Made by a program: the position numbers and the translations under genes. Shown piece after piece: positions 26,140 through 41,149 of a stretch of 64,000 nt of DNA (positions are counted from its first letter, which is position 1; the number at the start of each line of letters is the position of its first letter). The stretch lies in contig NC_087436.1 in assembly GCF_036321535.1 (NCBI RefSeq), forward strand, positions 88,228,001 to 88,292,000, written 5' to 3'. The DNA comes from Camelus dromedarius (taxonomy: Eukaryota). The notes beneath the pieces are model-generated. The model was given only the letters and a program-made list of their open reading frames with translations. It was not told the DNA's origin and did no database searches.

Positions 26140-29125
26140 ACATTATGGTCAGGTTGTTTATTAAGGAGGCAACCACACATACAAGTTCGGCTATAGAAAT
26201 GTTTGCAAATCAAACTTCATGTGATCTAAAAGGACCATGCGTAATGTCAAAAATGGACGCCTGTACATTCAATAAAAGTTAAATATACACAGTCAAGATC
26301 ATTCTATAGTTATACAAACATCTGGGGACACATGTATCTAATTTCCTTTCAGAAAAACTTTTTTTTATAAAACTGATGTATTGAGATAATAATTTTAAAA
26401 AGTATCTGACAATTATGAATGGTCCCCACTATTACAAAATGTGATTTCCAGGGTATGAAAACCAAAAAAAAAAAAAAAGAAAAGGAAAAAAAAAAAAAAA
26501 AAGCCAACCCTTCAGAGAGTGTTTTATATTATACAAACAAGTTTTGTAGAAAAATGATCCAGCAAATGCTTGAGTTAAGAATATTTATATTTTTTCCAAT
26601 TCTTTACACTTTTATTAACACACTTACAAAAAATAACATTCAAACACTGAAAAAATTAAATAACTTTGGAAGCAGAGCTCATAGCTTTCTGCTTACATAT
26701 AAGTGACAATTTTGGGCTGTTGGCACAAAAAAATAATCAACATTCATAAAACCCTTACTACTATATATCAAACATAAGTTAAAATCATAGGCACTAGTTT
26801 ATCAAATCCATGTTTCATCTGCAAGACTAACCACAGTGAATCCTTAGATTTTCCCAAACAGAAAAATTGGCAATACACAAAGGCTTTCTAGTAAAAAGGC
26901 AATTTTTCTCTTTAGGAAACCAAAAGCCAATAGTCTGTGGTAGTACAACAGCAGGGAAAATAACACTTTACCCAACTCAGGTCCAAACACATTTTAACAA
27001 GTGATGAAATATTTTAATAAAAAAAAATAGACTTTTTTTTTCTGATGCAGCCATTTAAAAACAAAGTGAAATAACCTGAATATTCCTTTCAAAACTGATA
27101 ATCTAACTTAAAAATGTAATGGGTCTTCCGTAATAGAGTTAAAATTCCTTTTTATTTTCTTAGATTGCAGCATTTTTTTTTTTTGCAATGTTGCACTGAA
27201 AACAGACCTATTTTCTGTTGCGTATACATGGTTTTAAAAAGAGACAGTGGCTAGTTCTTCGACTCACTTAGATTTTTACATGAGATACCCCCCTACCCAA
27301 AACAGATGCTTTACCTTCTTCTGAAAAGCAACATCTTTTAGTTCATCATCATGTGGAATTCTGGCGCCATCCTTTCCTGATCCATCCCCATCACCCTCAA
27401 ATTCAAGGATAAAATTTCTTCCTTGTAGTATACACCAAAATACATTAGCACTGGCAGTTTAACTCTCCTGCTGCTTTGTGCTAAATGAATGACTCCCTAC
27501 TGGTCAAGCTAATAAGACTACCATGGTGTCCAGTCACAGCAAAACAGGGGTCTTGGTTTTAAAAGTTTTGTCATTCTCTCAAGCTATCAACCTCAATGCT
27601 ATCCTGAATATTAAGCTTCCCATTTCTCAATTTCTTTTGCCAACTTACAGATATGTCTTTGACCAACAGGAAATGAACTTACATTCAAATCTTAAAATCC
27701 TTTAGTGACCCAAGTGCCAATATTTTAGAGCTGTTCAAATTAAATATTTAAAAACAGACCTTACCATGAAAAACAAGAAGCCTGCTGCAGAAGGAAGTTT
27801 TAGTCTGCTAATAGTTGAATAAAACCAAAATAAGTGATTTCCAGGATATACATAAGGGCCATCACAGAGCAAGTATTTAACAAGTTAGATTCGTATGCAG
27901 GCGGTTTCATTTGTTACCAAAAATGCAAAAATTGATGTTAGACAAAATCTATGTCAGCAGGGACAGTATCTTCAAAGGATGTTTCGCACAGTTACTCAGT
28001 CTAAAGTGGATCAGCTTAAGTAGGATTCAGCAGGCTATAATTTCCCACCACATGGCAGACTGTTGTGTCAGTTAACAGTAACAATACAACTGTCATTACC
28101 AGAGATTTTGTAAATTAAGTGCATAGATTTTATTCCACCCGCTTCTTGTTGCATGGTTTTGTTCCAGGTTGTAGTAAGCACTGAGGTGGTGTTATTTGTA
28201 TCAAGAATAAAGACACATACTACCTGCTCTTTCCCACCATGGAAACCTGCTAATAAAAACAAGATCTCTTAGTTCTGTAACAGATAACAGCATGTGAAGA
28301 AGTTGGCTTCAACAGCAAAGGCTATCTTTCCTGAGCCAGGAGCTATAAAGTTTAGAAAGATTGTACAACTGATATTAAGCCCTTTTGGCAATCAAAACAA
28401 ACAAAGAAGTCTGATGTGTCAATGCAACATGATGGATGCACGCGGTCATACTATCTGGCAGTGGTGATATGGGAGCTACATCCAAAACTTAAGATTAAAC
28501 AAAATGATAATTTTTCTAATGAATCTGCAAAAATAATTTATAGAATCCTCCCAAATGTAGGCATGTTTTAAATCTCTAGCCCAGGTTTCTCCCCACCCTG
28601 CCCTCTTCCATCTCAATCTAGTTTCTTGGAGGACTAGTGAAACACTAGTGAAACACTTTAGATAATTAGTCAGAATATTAGTTCTCATTAACACAAATAT
28701 TTATTGATACTATTTATACAGTAAATTAGGTTGGATGTGAAGTTTTGGATAGCCTGAATTCACCATTTTCTTGTGCACAAAGGTACTCTCTCATTTACAA
28801 ATGGGCATTTCTCTTTGGCATCCATTAGTTTTTTGCCCAGATATTGGCCTCTGTCAAATATTTAAAAATCAACTTAGTTTCTATTAAGCAAAACTAAAAG
28901 TGATTCCATGGAGTGATTGTATGATTACCAAACACATCTGATGTTAAATGTCATTAAAGTGCTGCTTGATCATCTCTGTCAGTTTGTGCTAATTAAGACA
29001 GAGAGAGCTGGGATTTTATAAATCCCGAGAGTCTTAGCTGAACAGTTTGCATATAAAAGTTGTCTTTTAGCCTGGTGAAGGGGTATCCATGAAGCTGTGG
29101 ACCTCTGCATTCTTGTCTTTGCTGG
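26140..29125 (-). other. SLAIN2: SLAIN2 3'UTR, about 3 kb
   Basis: AU-rich sequence with no recognisable interspersed repeats, running from the stop codon to an AATAAA followed by a U-rich tract. Confidence 0.75.
26157..26162 (-). terminator. Putative SLAIN2 polyadenylation signal AATAAA
   Basis: tttatt on the + strand; the A-rich + strand at ~26095-26140 is a U-rich downstream element on the transcript. A second AATAAA lies at 26611-26616. Confidence 0.65.
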
Positions 29126-29230
<105 letters not shown>

Positions 29231-29529
29231 TTATGGAACATTACCATGCTATCTTCCATATATTAATTTCTTTGCAGGGCACCACGATCCAATGTTCCAG
29301 GGGACTACTAGGATCAGAGCTCTCAAACACTTTTAGCACAATGACCCCACACTCAGCATTTCCACAACTTTCAAGTTTTACTGGACATCAGGTGACTTCA
29401 TTCACCTCTTTTTATGAACATAGCTACCAGAGTAAGAGGAAAATGAGCTAGATCACCAAACTTATTACTTACTTATTTATTTGAGGGGTAGTTGAGGAAT
29501 GTGATATTAGAGGTGGAGTGTCACCATCA

Positions 29530-29750
29530 CTAGAGAGGCAGCATGGGACAGTGCTTAAAACAATTCTGAAGTAAGGCACACTTGGAACACAGTTGAAGTA
29601 CATGGTGAATTACTTAACCTCATTAAATTTTAACATCCTCCTCTAAACATGGGAACTGTAATGGCACCCACACATCTGGTGCTATTGTGAAAATGAGGTG
29701 CATGTTATCTAGCACAGTGCACAGCAGAAAGCTGTCGTGTTCTACTACTA
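29530..29750 (+). mobile_element. MIR fragment
   Basis: agaggcagcatggg...ttacttaacctc...ctattgtgaaaatgag...tagcacagtgc. Confidence 0.6.
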
Positions 29751-30179
29751 ATGTTACAATGCAGTATGTTCATCTTAGAAAAAAAGAAGTATGGGTAATT
29801 CAGTTTTAATGCTTATGGCACAAAAGCTTTTTCTCCCCCCATGCAAATAAATACTACAAGTTTAGTTAGATTTGACACCTAAGTTTACTGATGGTGGTAA
29901 TCACATTCCTAGAAGGCAGAAGATTATAGATACATGGTTCCCAACATGGTTAGGCCCAGAATTACCTGAAGATTAAACAAACAAATAAAAAAGCATACCC
30001 ACAGATTTTGGGTTTCCTACCAGATCTATTTTTTGTGGATAAAAGTTAGGCCTCTATATTTACGTAAATTCCACAGAAGATACTGAATTGTAGCAAAGCT
30101 TGAAAACTACCCTCTTGGATTATATACTCAGGCTTGGTAGCTAGAAGTTTTATTTAAATCTCACTCTAGGTTCTAATAT

Positions 30180-30352
30180 GCTTTTAACATATTTATTATT
30201 TAATATATTTATTATATATTATTAAATATATTTATAATAGTAATATACTTGTTTGATACATTTATATCATATATAACTATTATATATAAAAATATTTTAA
30301 TATATTTATATATTACTCAATATATTTAATATATTGAATATTATTATATTAA
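30180..30352. repeat. AT-rich low-complexity tract
   Basis: About 170 bp composed almost only of A and T (tattat/atattt variants). Confidence 0.9.
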
Positions 30353-30361
30353 AAATGAAGA

Positions 30362-30487
30362 GGGGGAGGGTTTAACTCAGTGGTAGAGCATGTACTTAGC
30401 ATGCACAAGGTCCTGGGTTCAATCCCAGCACCTCCATTAAAAAACAAATAAATAAACCCAATTACCCCCCAAATTAAAAAATTAAAA
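30362..30487 (+). mobile_element. tRNA-Ala-derived SINE (camelid Vic-1-like)
   Basis: gggggagggtttaactcagtggtagagcatgtacttagcatgcacaaggtcctgggttcaatccc, then aaataaacccaattacccccc. Confidence 0.88.
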
Positions 30488-30800
30488 TATATATATTCAA
30501 AATGAACAAATATCACAACCAAATGGAGTGGTTCCAACAATTTTTTTCCAGGGTTTTGCCACGATGCTTAATCATGTTATTTTTAGGCATGTGGGCAAAT
30601 TTAATCTGAACCAAAGTGACATAATACCCTAATGTCCCAAGTGAGAATATTTTTAAAACAAGAAAGTAATGTTTTATTCAAACTATATTAAGACTCTAGT
30701 GGAAACCCACTAGGACTCTTTCAAATGCAGAGATGAGAGTAATTCCAGTCTACCCGCTTTCCTATGCTCCAGGATGTTGAAACAGAGCATTTACCACTTA

Positions 30801-31283
<483 letters not shown>

Positions 31284-32749
31284 TCATTGGTAGGTCTTAA
31301 ATAACCAACTCCTCACTCAGAGGACTCCAACTATCCTTGACAACAGTGTTTTAACTAGGTCAGCTAGAAATCAACAAGTCCAGAAAAGGCACCATAGCAT
31401 TGTTTCCTGTAGCAACCAACCTGAGCTACATTCTTCAGGTGAGGGAAAAAAAAAATGCTGACTACTAGAGGGTTCACTAGAATTTGAAACACTTTCTCCT
31501 CAAAGCAACATTCATGTAAACATGTGTCAAGTATCTGGTGGGTGTACCTCCAAGTCCTGTATTATCCATAGAGTAACTCAGTATTTAGAAACTAAACCTG
31601 TTTCTATTGTTGTGCTTCACCAAGTAGGGAAGTTACAAATCTAGGGGTTTATCAAAAGGTATATGAAGTCACAGGATAAAGATGGTACATTCTTTTGGAA
31701 TGTCAATTCTACTAAGTGGCTAGTTAAAACACTTGTATTAAAACAAATAATGATACATGAAAGAATTAAATGTACAGTTCGCATTAATTTTTAAACCAAA
31801 ATAAGACTTTAAATAAATTTTATTATTGTGGTGGTCCCTTAGCATTACAAGTTCAGATCTCCTGAGGGATACATTCATCGTTTTCTGTTTATTCTATTTG
31901 GATAAATCACTTCTAGAAGGATATCAGCTTTAGTTTCTTCAAATACCCAAATGCTACATACAATGTAAATAAAAATATTACCTTAATATCCTTTACTTAA
32001 CAAAGAACTCTGGGGTGGAGTTCAGAGTGAATGGAGTCAGGCAGAGAAGGCAGGAGAGGGCAGGGTAGGGGGCGAAGGAGAAATGGATCAGAGTCACCCT
32101 ATTCTCTCTCAACTTCCATTAGTTTGCTGAGAATACGAGTAGAGCAAAAGCTTGAGCAAGGGATTTGGTCCTAAAACCATAGAAACGGGTTATTATGCAC
32201 ACAACTTCATTCTCCTCATATCTACTAATCTGTCTGAAGATTAAGTAACAGTAAGGCTCTACCACAGTATCGGACAGGAGAGCAAAGAACGGATGAGCCT
32301 GGCAACTATCTTTCATCTGGTGTCTAAGAGAAAGAAGAGGGGATAAACCTTAGCTCCAAAACTACCAAAGAGCGAAAATGTATTTTGTACCTTCCTTTCA
32401 ATAAGGCTTTTTGTACATAGCCTCCTTCCTTGCTAGCTGATCTTCTCTGTATTTTGTCTGATCAAAGTCCAAAATGTCAGCACCTCCACACGTAAGATAC
32501 ACTAGGACCCAATACTCGATGTGTTCAAATTATCTCTGCTTGATCCCAAAACCCTAGTGCTATGATTCTCAAACTTGACTGTGTGCCAGAATCCCAAGGA
32601 ACTTTAAAAAAAAGAGAAAAGAAAAAGGGGTGTGGGGTGGGGGAAGGAAGCCCAGGCATAACCCCCAGAGAATCTAGTCTGGAATGGAACTCAAGATATT
32701 TATTTTAAAACCACCATAGGAGCTTCCAATCATGCTGACAAAAATGGGG

Positions 32750-35700
32750 GAGGGGCTTACCCTCCTGTAATAAATACCTATAAAACTGGATAAAATACAT
32801 GGAACAGTTTTCAAATATTGGACAACCGGCAATACAGGACTATAATCCCTGAAAAAAGGAAAATAAATGTGATGAGCTCTATTGGTACCCTAGCTTTTTC
32901 AGGGGGTGAAAACAATTTGTGAGAGAGACTTTAAACCAACCATACTGATAACTGTATTAAATGTAAATAATAATTACTCTAATTAAAGGGTAAATACTCC
33001 CAGTATGGACAAAAAGCAAGAACAGCATGCAATCTAAAAGAAACACATTTCACATACAAAGACATAGGTTAAAAGCAAAAGGATAAAAAAGATACCCCAT
33101 AGAACACTGATCATGAAAAAGTTGGTGTTCACAGTATCAGAAAAAAATTACCACCAGAGATAGAGTTCGTAATGTTAAAGGAGTCGATTCAGCAAGAGGA
33201 CGTAAGACTCCTAACTATGTATACTCCAAAACAGATACACAAAACACATGGAACAAACTGACATAACTGAAAGTAAGAACAAAAAAAGTACAGAATTAAT
33301 TAGGTATTTCAACACTCCTTTCTCAGTAAGAGATGAAACAAATAGGCAGAAAAATCAGAAAGGGTACAGAAGACATGAACACCACCACCAATCAAGTTGA
33401 GCTGACATTTACAGAACACTCCATTCAATCAGACACTGCTCAATGTCCATCAGCAGGTGAACGGGTAAACAAACTGTATATCCACACAACAGAATACCAC
33501 TCAGCAATAAAGAAGAGAAAATTGCTGATACAACAAGAATGACTCTCAAAAATTAGGCAAATACAACTTATGGTAACTAAACCAAATCAGATATTTGCCT
33601 GAGGTCGGGAGGACTGACTGGGGGGGAGGGGGAAACAATCATCATACCAAGAACCAGGAAGATTTTAAACTAAATAAAAGAGACAATCAAGAAATATCAA
33701 CAAAAGATGACAGAGACGCTAGAATTATCTAACAAAGATTTTAAAGTAGCTATCATAAAATTGCTTGAATGAGTAATTCCAAACACTTGAAGCAGAAATA
33801 GAAAGTCTCAGCAAATAAACAGAAGATACACAGAAGTGGGAATCAAATGTAAATTTTAAAACTGAAAACTGCACTAACCAAAATAAAAAACTCAGTGAAT
33901 GAGGTCAATAGCAGAATGGAAAGGATAGTGGGGGGAGAAATCAGTGAACTGATAGAACAAAAGATATTATCCAATCTAAACAATAGAAAGGAAATAAACT
34001 GGAAAAAAATAAAAAGAACAGAGCTTTCAGGGACCTGAAAAGACCTAACAAGCCCTAACATTTGCATGTCACTGGAGTACAGGGAGGAAAGGAGAAAGAG
34101 AGGACAAAAAGTATTGTGAGAAATAATGATCTTCCATATATGAACATTTCCCATAGTTGGCAAAGGACATAAACCTACAGATTCAAGGAACTAAGAAAAT
34201 ACCGAACAAGATAAATCCAAAGCAATCCATGCCAGGACACACCATAGTCAAACTTCTGAAAACTAAACAGAAGAGAAAACCTTGATATCAGAGAGAGAAA
34301 ACACCTAACCTATAGGGGGAAATGAATTCCAACAAGAGCCGATTTCTCATCAAAACCAATAGAGGCCAGAAGGAGTGGCACAGTATTTTTCAAGAGTTGA
34401 AAGAGATGTCAACCCAGCATCTTATACCTAGAGAAAATATCCTACAAGAATTAAGGGAAAATCAAGACATTTTCAGACAACAGAAAACCAAGATAATTTG
34501 TGCCCAGCACACCTACCCCCACAAAAAACAGCTAAACAAACAAAACGAAAATGATAAACAAAACGAAAATGATAAAAAGATGGAACCTTGGAATATCAGA
34601 AAGGAAGCATGAACCAAGTAAGCAAAAATACGGGTAGACACATAGGCTTTCTGAGTTTTCAAAGCTATATGTGCAGGTTGAAGAAAAAATTTTAATACTA
34701 TTGTAGCTAGAAACATATTATGTAAAGGAAACATTTAAAACAATTATAAATGAAGCAAAGTAAAGGAACATGAAAAAAGGTAACGTTTACATACTTGACT
34801 TGAACTGATAAAATGATAACACCAACAGACTGTGATAAGCACATATGATGTTATATATACATAATGTAAAGCAACCGCTACAATAACTATGCAAATATGT
34901 GTACTCAAAAACACTATACATAAATCAAAATGGAATTCTAAAGAATATGCAGGTAACCCACAGGACAGCAGGCAAAAGAAAATAGAGAAATGAAAAACAA
35001 AAAACAAACAGAAAACAACAAATAAAATGGCAAACCTAAGCATATCAATAATTACATGAATGTAAATGGTGTACCTACACCAATCATAAGACAGAGATTT
35101 GGTAGAAATGCATTTAAAACATAACCTAACTTTGAGCTGTCTATAAGAAACTCACTTCAAATAGAAAAATATAGGGAGGTTGAAGTTAAGGGATGGAAAA
35201 CATGTGCTAACAATACAAAAGGAAAGCATGATGGCTATATTAGTATCAGATAATTAAAAAGAAACTTACCAGGGACAAAGAAGGATAATACATAATGAAA
35301 ACAGGGTCAAACTACAGAGAAAACCTAACAATCCTAAATGTGTATGTACTAAACAAAAAAATTATAATAATGTGAAGGGAAAACTTACAGAACTGAAAGG
35401 AGAAAGAGGCAAATCCACAATTACAGTTGGCACTTCACCAGCCCCCTCTCAACAACTGACAGAACTAGACAGAAAATCAGCAAGGGGATATAAGAACTCA
35501 ATATCACCACCAACCACAGGATCTAACTGACATTTACAGAACAGTCCACTCAACAAGAGCAGAATACACATTCAAGTGCCCACAGAATATAAGCCGAGAT
35601 AGACTGTACCCTGGTCCATACAGCAAACTTCAACAGTTTAAAAAAAATTTGAAATTACAAAGAGTAAATTTCTCTGATCATAACACAATCAAACTAGAAG

Positions 35701-37200
35701 TTAATAACTAAAAGGCAACAAAAAGATGAAAAAAATCACTTGATAGCTGAAACTCAACAATATATTTCTTAACAGAAATTTTAAAATACATAGAACTAAA
35801 TAAAACTTAAAATAGAAGGTATCAAAATTTGTGGGCCGTAACTGAGAAGAAAAGTCTTAAACCAATCATCTAAGTTCCTACTTCAAAAAAATCTAGAAAA
35901 AGTAGAGTGAAATAAACCCAAAGCAAGCAGAAGAAAATAACAAAGAGCAGAAATCAATGAAATTGAAAACAGAAAAATCAATGAAATAGTTCTTTCAAAA
36001 GGACAAGTAACACTGATGAGCCTGACAAAAATAAAAAGGAGAAAAAACTACCTCAAATTACCAACATGAGTAACGAAGTGGGAGGGACATCACTGCAGAC
36101 CCTGAAGACATCAAAAGGATCATAAGGGAATACTAAGAACACTCTCACACACATTAATTTAACAATTTAGATGCAATGGACCAATTCTTCAAAATGCACA
36201 AACTACCAGGACTCATCTCATATGTAAAAGATAAACTGAATGGCCATATATTTATTAAGGAAACTGATTTTGTAACTCAAAACCCTCCAAAAAAGGAAAC
36301 TCCAAGCCCAGATGGCTTCACTGGGAAATTCTACCAAAGGTTTAAAGAATTAACAACAATTCTATATACTCTCTACCAGAAAACAGAAGAGGAGGGAACA
36401 CATCACAGTTCATTTTATGAAGACAGTCTCACTCTGATACCAAAATCAGAAATAGACAGTGTCAAAAAAGAAAACTGCAGACCAATAACCTTCAAGGAAT
36501 ATAGATGTAAAACTCCTTAACAAAATGTAAGCAAATACAACTCAGTGATATATTTTAAAAAATTACTTATCATGATCAAGAGGGGTTTATTCCAGGATGC
36601 AAAGTTGGTTCAATATTTGAAAATCTATCAATGTAATCCACCACAATAACAGGCTAAAGAAGAAAAAAAATCTCATCAGCGTATCTACTGATGCAAAAAA
36701 GCATCTCACAAAGTTCAACACATACATATTCATGATAAAAATTCTTAGGAAAACATAAAATAAGAACTTCAACTTTATAAAGAGCACCTACAAAAAATCT
36801 GTAGATAGTACAATGATGAAAGACTGAATGCTTCCCCTCTAAGATGGGGAACAAGGCAAGGATACATGTTCTCAGCATTCTCATAGTGCTAGAAGCTCCA
36901 GCCAGTGCAGTAAGCAAGAAAAGGAAATAACAGGCATGTAGACTGGAAAGAAACTCTCCATGATTGTTAACAGAAAATCCCAAGGAATCTAAAAAAATGA
37001 AACAAAACAAACCTTCTAGAAATATTAAGTGAATTCAGGAAAGACACAAGATGGAAGATTAACATACAAAACTCTATTGTATTTCTCTATGTCAAGCAAT
37101 TAAATGTATGGAAATAAAGATTTAAAAATGCAACCACTGTTTGTATTACTACCCCCCAAAAAAGAGAGAAATTAATTTGTAGATGTAAATCTAATAAAAC
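32750..37200 (+). mobile_element. Large degenerate, rearranged old LINE-1 (ORF1 and ORF2 endonuclease/RT fragments), antisense to SLAIN2
   Basis: ORF 36176..36520 reads ...PSPDGFTGKFYQRFKE...SFYEDSLTLIPK...KKENCRPI (L1 ORF2). ORF1-like text at ~33700-34500; many stops and frameshifts. Confidence 0.9.
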
Positions 37201-38789
37201 AAATCTCAGCAAATATCATAGGTTAACTGTGAACATCAAGTGAGTAATGTGTTGGTAAAATGTAAAATATTACATGAACTGTAAGGCATATCATATCCAT
37301 GCCTTCCTTATCTAAGGAATATGGTGCCTTTCAGCCTGCTGCAGCTCAGTTCTCTGGAAAGAAATTCAACCATGCCTCTCAAGGCAGTCTCCTAAGCTGT
37401 CTTTATAAATTAACTAAAATATAGGGATTAAGTAAATTAGGCTCTATTGTCAAACTAATTATGACAGTATGCTATAATTTCTCTTTACTCATTTTGGATT
37501 ATTGAGAATTACACTTGAATCAAGGCACAAAATGAAAGAATGTCACCTGCTCCAAGCAAGAATTAGAATTCTATTTATAAAACCGACAGGTGACAAAGAA
37601 TGTTAACTTTGGTGTCTAAGTCATCTCTCAAATGGAATGGTGGGTGATATGAAGACTCATAATTTTAAAATATTCATTTTTGTCTTTCAATAAGCATTTA
37701 ATAAAAACAACAAATTTATTTTCAAATTAAGGTTTAGATAATTCATCAGGCAATTAACTCTAAAATGAAAAGACTGAGTAAACTGTGTACTGTTTTTAGT
37801 TTGATAAATATTCACTGAATATGAAATGTCTTATAAATAATATATCCCAATATTAAAAACCATCTTACAATATAAAAACACACTTCAAGTGCTTGTCTTC
37901 AGTCATATGTCAGCCAAACTGTAAGTTACATTAATTGTGTAATTTTTTAAAAGTGTAAATATAGTTTGCAATAAAAATACACACATTGACAAACACTGGC
38001 CACCATGACTAATGGAGAGCAAAATATTTATTAAAATATATAGGCCATTCAGTTATTTAACAAATAAAGACTAAGGACAAAAGTACTTCCTTGTCAACTA
38101 TCTGTTACTGTATAGTTAGTTACAGCATCCCAGTTGTTCAGTGGTCTGTGTACCATATATGATGGCAATAGGGTACTGACATAATAAGACTTTAAAATAA
38201 TTTCTGGGTACTAAAGACCACAGAGATGAAGTGAGTATGAGTCTCTCATTACAGAGTTAAAGAATCCTTCCTGAAGGAGTTACTAGTAACTACTCCAAAC
38301 GTTCCAGTTTACAGAGAAGGAAAATTGCCACAACCACAGAGAGCAATTGAGTGAATAAACAGGAAAGTCAGAGGTTGAATCCAGGTCTCCCGATTCCCAG
38401 ATTGGTGTTCTTCACCAAGAACGAAAAGAGAAACACCTCCAGGAGTAGAAATTAAAATGTCATTTTTACCATTTTAATTTTCAACTAGACTCAGAAAGTT
38501 TATTTGTGGGGCTACTATCCTATGCAGGTTTCATAAATATGACACCAAGACATATTAAGTTTGTATTGGCTGATAAGTAATCATAAGAAAAATAACAAGG
38601 CATAGAAGCCTTTGATTTCTTCTTTCATTAGTGTACATTACTTATCATTATTTTTGTAAGCATGTTATCAACAGAAGATTTGTTAAACGTAAGAGGCAGA
38701 AGTTAAACATAAGAGGCAGAAGAAACCCCTGGGATTGGGCTTCACTAGCTTTTCTTCAATACATACAAAAAGATAGATAAGAATAAACA

Positions 38790-39460
38790 AGTTACCAGAA
38801 AACATCTGCAGCATTATTCACAACAGGCACAAAGTGGAAACAACTCAAACGTCCACCAACTGATGAATGGATAAACAAAATACACTTATGTCCATACAAT
38901 GGAATATTATTTAACAATAAAAAGGGACAAAGTACTAATATATGCTACAATATGATGAACTTTGGAAACATTATGCTAAGTGAAAGAAGCCAGTGACAAT
39001 GATCACATATTGTATGATTCAGTTTATATGAAATGTCCAGCATAGGCAAATCCAGAGACAGAAAGATTAGTGGTTCTCAGAGACTGGAATGAGTGAGGAA
39101 TGGTAATAAGTATGACGTTTCTTATGAGGTGATGAAAGACTCTAAAATCAGACAGTGATAATAGTTGCTCAGCTCTGTGAATACACAGTTGACCCTTGAG
39201 CAATGCAGGGGTTACAGGTGCTGACCCTCTGCACCCTGGAAAAATTCACATTTAACTTTGCAGTTGGTCCTCTATATGCATGGTTCTGCATCTGTGGATT
39301 CAACCAACTACAGATTGAGTAGTACTATAGTACATATTTAGTGAAAAAATTCATGTGTAATTGAAATCATGCAGTTCAAACCTGTGTTGTTCAAGGGTCA
39401 ATTGTACTAAAAAAAAAAAAAACCCACTGATTTGTACACTTTAAATGGATGAATTTTAAA
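38790..39460 (+). mobile_element. L1MB-type 3' end
   Basis: gcagcattattcacaac...aactgatgaatggataaacaaaa...acattatgctaagtgaaagaagccag. Confidence 0.85.
39186..39404. mobile_element. Tigger2-family MITE nested in the L1
   Basis: Terminal inverted repeats cagttgacccttgagcaatgcagg and cctgtgttgttcaagggtcaattg; TA on the right flank. Confidence 0.85.
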
Positions 39461-39903
39461 ACAGGGGAGGGCAATAAAAGAGAAATCTCAGAAAATAAGT
39501 AGCTATATTTTTTAGCAGTTTCCTAAAACAACAGAAGAGGGAGCACTAGGGCCATAAATTAGAAAATCTAAAAACTCCCTTTCTAAATATTTATAAAAAA
39601 CCAACTTCACAGAAAAATGAGCAATAGAAAAAGAGTGAGGACAAATTCCACATAAAGTTACTATAAGAAACATGAGAGAATAAGGAATAGAATACTACTT
39701 CCACCAATGGTGAAAACTTCTCAAGTATCATGCCCACTATACACACATCAAAAAAGATGAAAATTATGAGATATGAAAGAACATAAAGCAGAATGAAAAA
39801 TACTCAAAAGTGAGGGGATGGAACACAGAAAAGAATTAAATAAATGAAATAAATCATTCCAAAATGAAGTCTAAGATAGAAGGGACACAAGAGTCACCAT
39901 ACA

Positions 39904-41149
39904 GTTCACAGCAGCACTATTTACAATAGCCAAGACATGGAAACAGCCTAAATGTCCATCAATAGATGACTGGATAAAGAAGATGTGGGTATATTTATAC
40001 AATGGAATATAATTCAGCCATAAAAACCGACAACATAACGCCATTTGCAGCAACATGGATGTTCGTGGAGAATGTCATTCTAAGTGAAGTAAGCCAGAAA
40101 GAGAAAGAAATATACCATATGAGATCGCTCATATATGGAATCGAAAACAAAACAAAACAAAACATAAACACAAAACAGAAACAGACTCATAGACATAGAA
40201 CACAAACTTGTGGTTGCCAAGAGAGTGGAGGGTGGGAAGGGACAGACGGATTTCAAAATGTAGAATAGATATTGTTTACAAGTTTACACTGTACAGCACA
40301 GGGAAATATATACAAGATCTTATGGTAGCTCACAGAGAAAAAAATGTGACAATGAATATATATATGCTCATGTATAACTGAAAAATTGTGCTCTACACTG
40401 GAATTTGACACAACACTGTAAAATGATTATAACTCAATAAAAAAGTGTAAAAAAAAGTTTTAAAATTCACCATGTTAAGAAGATATTTGCATACAAAATG
40501 TAGGTGTTATTTAGAGGACAAAGGAATAAGACTCGTTGTAATTTTAAATTTCTCTGTAGTAATCTCCAAACACAAGGGGATTGAAGGAATAAAAACAAAA
40601 GTGAGAGTTTCATTTCTGACAGTAACTGCAAAAATATTTTGAAAGTTTAATAGCGAGAAATTCTCAAATTTTATATATCTTCCTTAAAAGTTCAAATTTA
40701 ATAAAACACGTACTGGAGCATGATTTTTTAATCTTTTTTTTTGGTATTCAATATATCAACATTTTGTTAATTCTGGCAACAATACACACAAATGACACTG
40801 GCCTTTGGTTTCCTTTTTATTCAGCCTTAGAAGGTTTTAGAGGCAAGGTTATGCTAGCTTCTTAAAATGAACTAGGAAACTGATCTTTTTCTATGCTGCA
40901 CAACAGTTTAAATTGGAAGTGTATATAATGTTATTCCAAAACTTGCCCTCATTTTAGGTCATCATGCTGTTTTTCTTTCACCAGCTTCTTGGGCATTTCT
41001 GGAAATTGTTACTATATCCTTATTATGTTTCGAGTTCTATGCAAGATGTTTTTGCTTTGTTTAAAGCTTTATCGAGTTATAACTGATATACAAAAAGCTG
41101 CACATATTTAATGTATACAATTTGGTGAGTTTGGACATCAAAAAAAAAA
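39904..41149 (+). mobile_element. 5'-truncated LINE-1 (39904-~40457) with putative 3' transduction (~40458-41139) and poly(A)
   Basis: Exact 12-bp direct repeat agtcaccataca at 39892-39903 and 41150-41161; L1 tail at ~40436-40457; second A run at 41140-41150. Confidence 0.82.

Noticed and set aside
30362..30437. tRNA-Ala gene (likewise the four similar copies)
   Set aside because: Stems are mutated and the shared SINE tail follows; these are SINE copies, not tRNA genes.
32750..37200. Active LINE-1 or protein-coding gene (ORFs 34322..34612 and 36176..36520)
   Set aside because: Short remnants of L1 ORF1/ORF2 with many stops, frameshifts and rearrangements.
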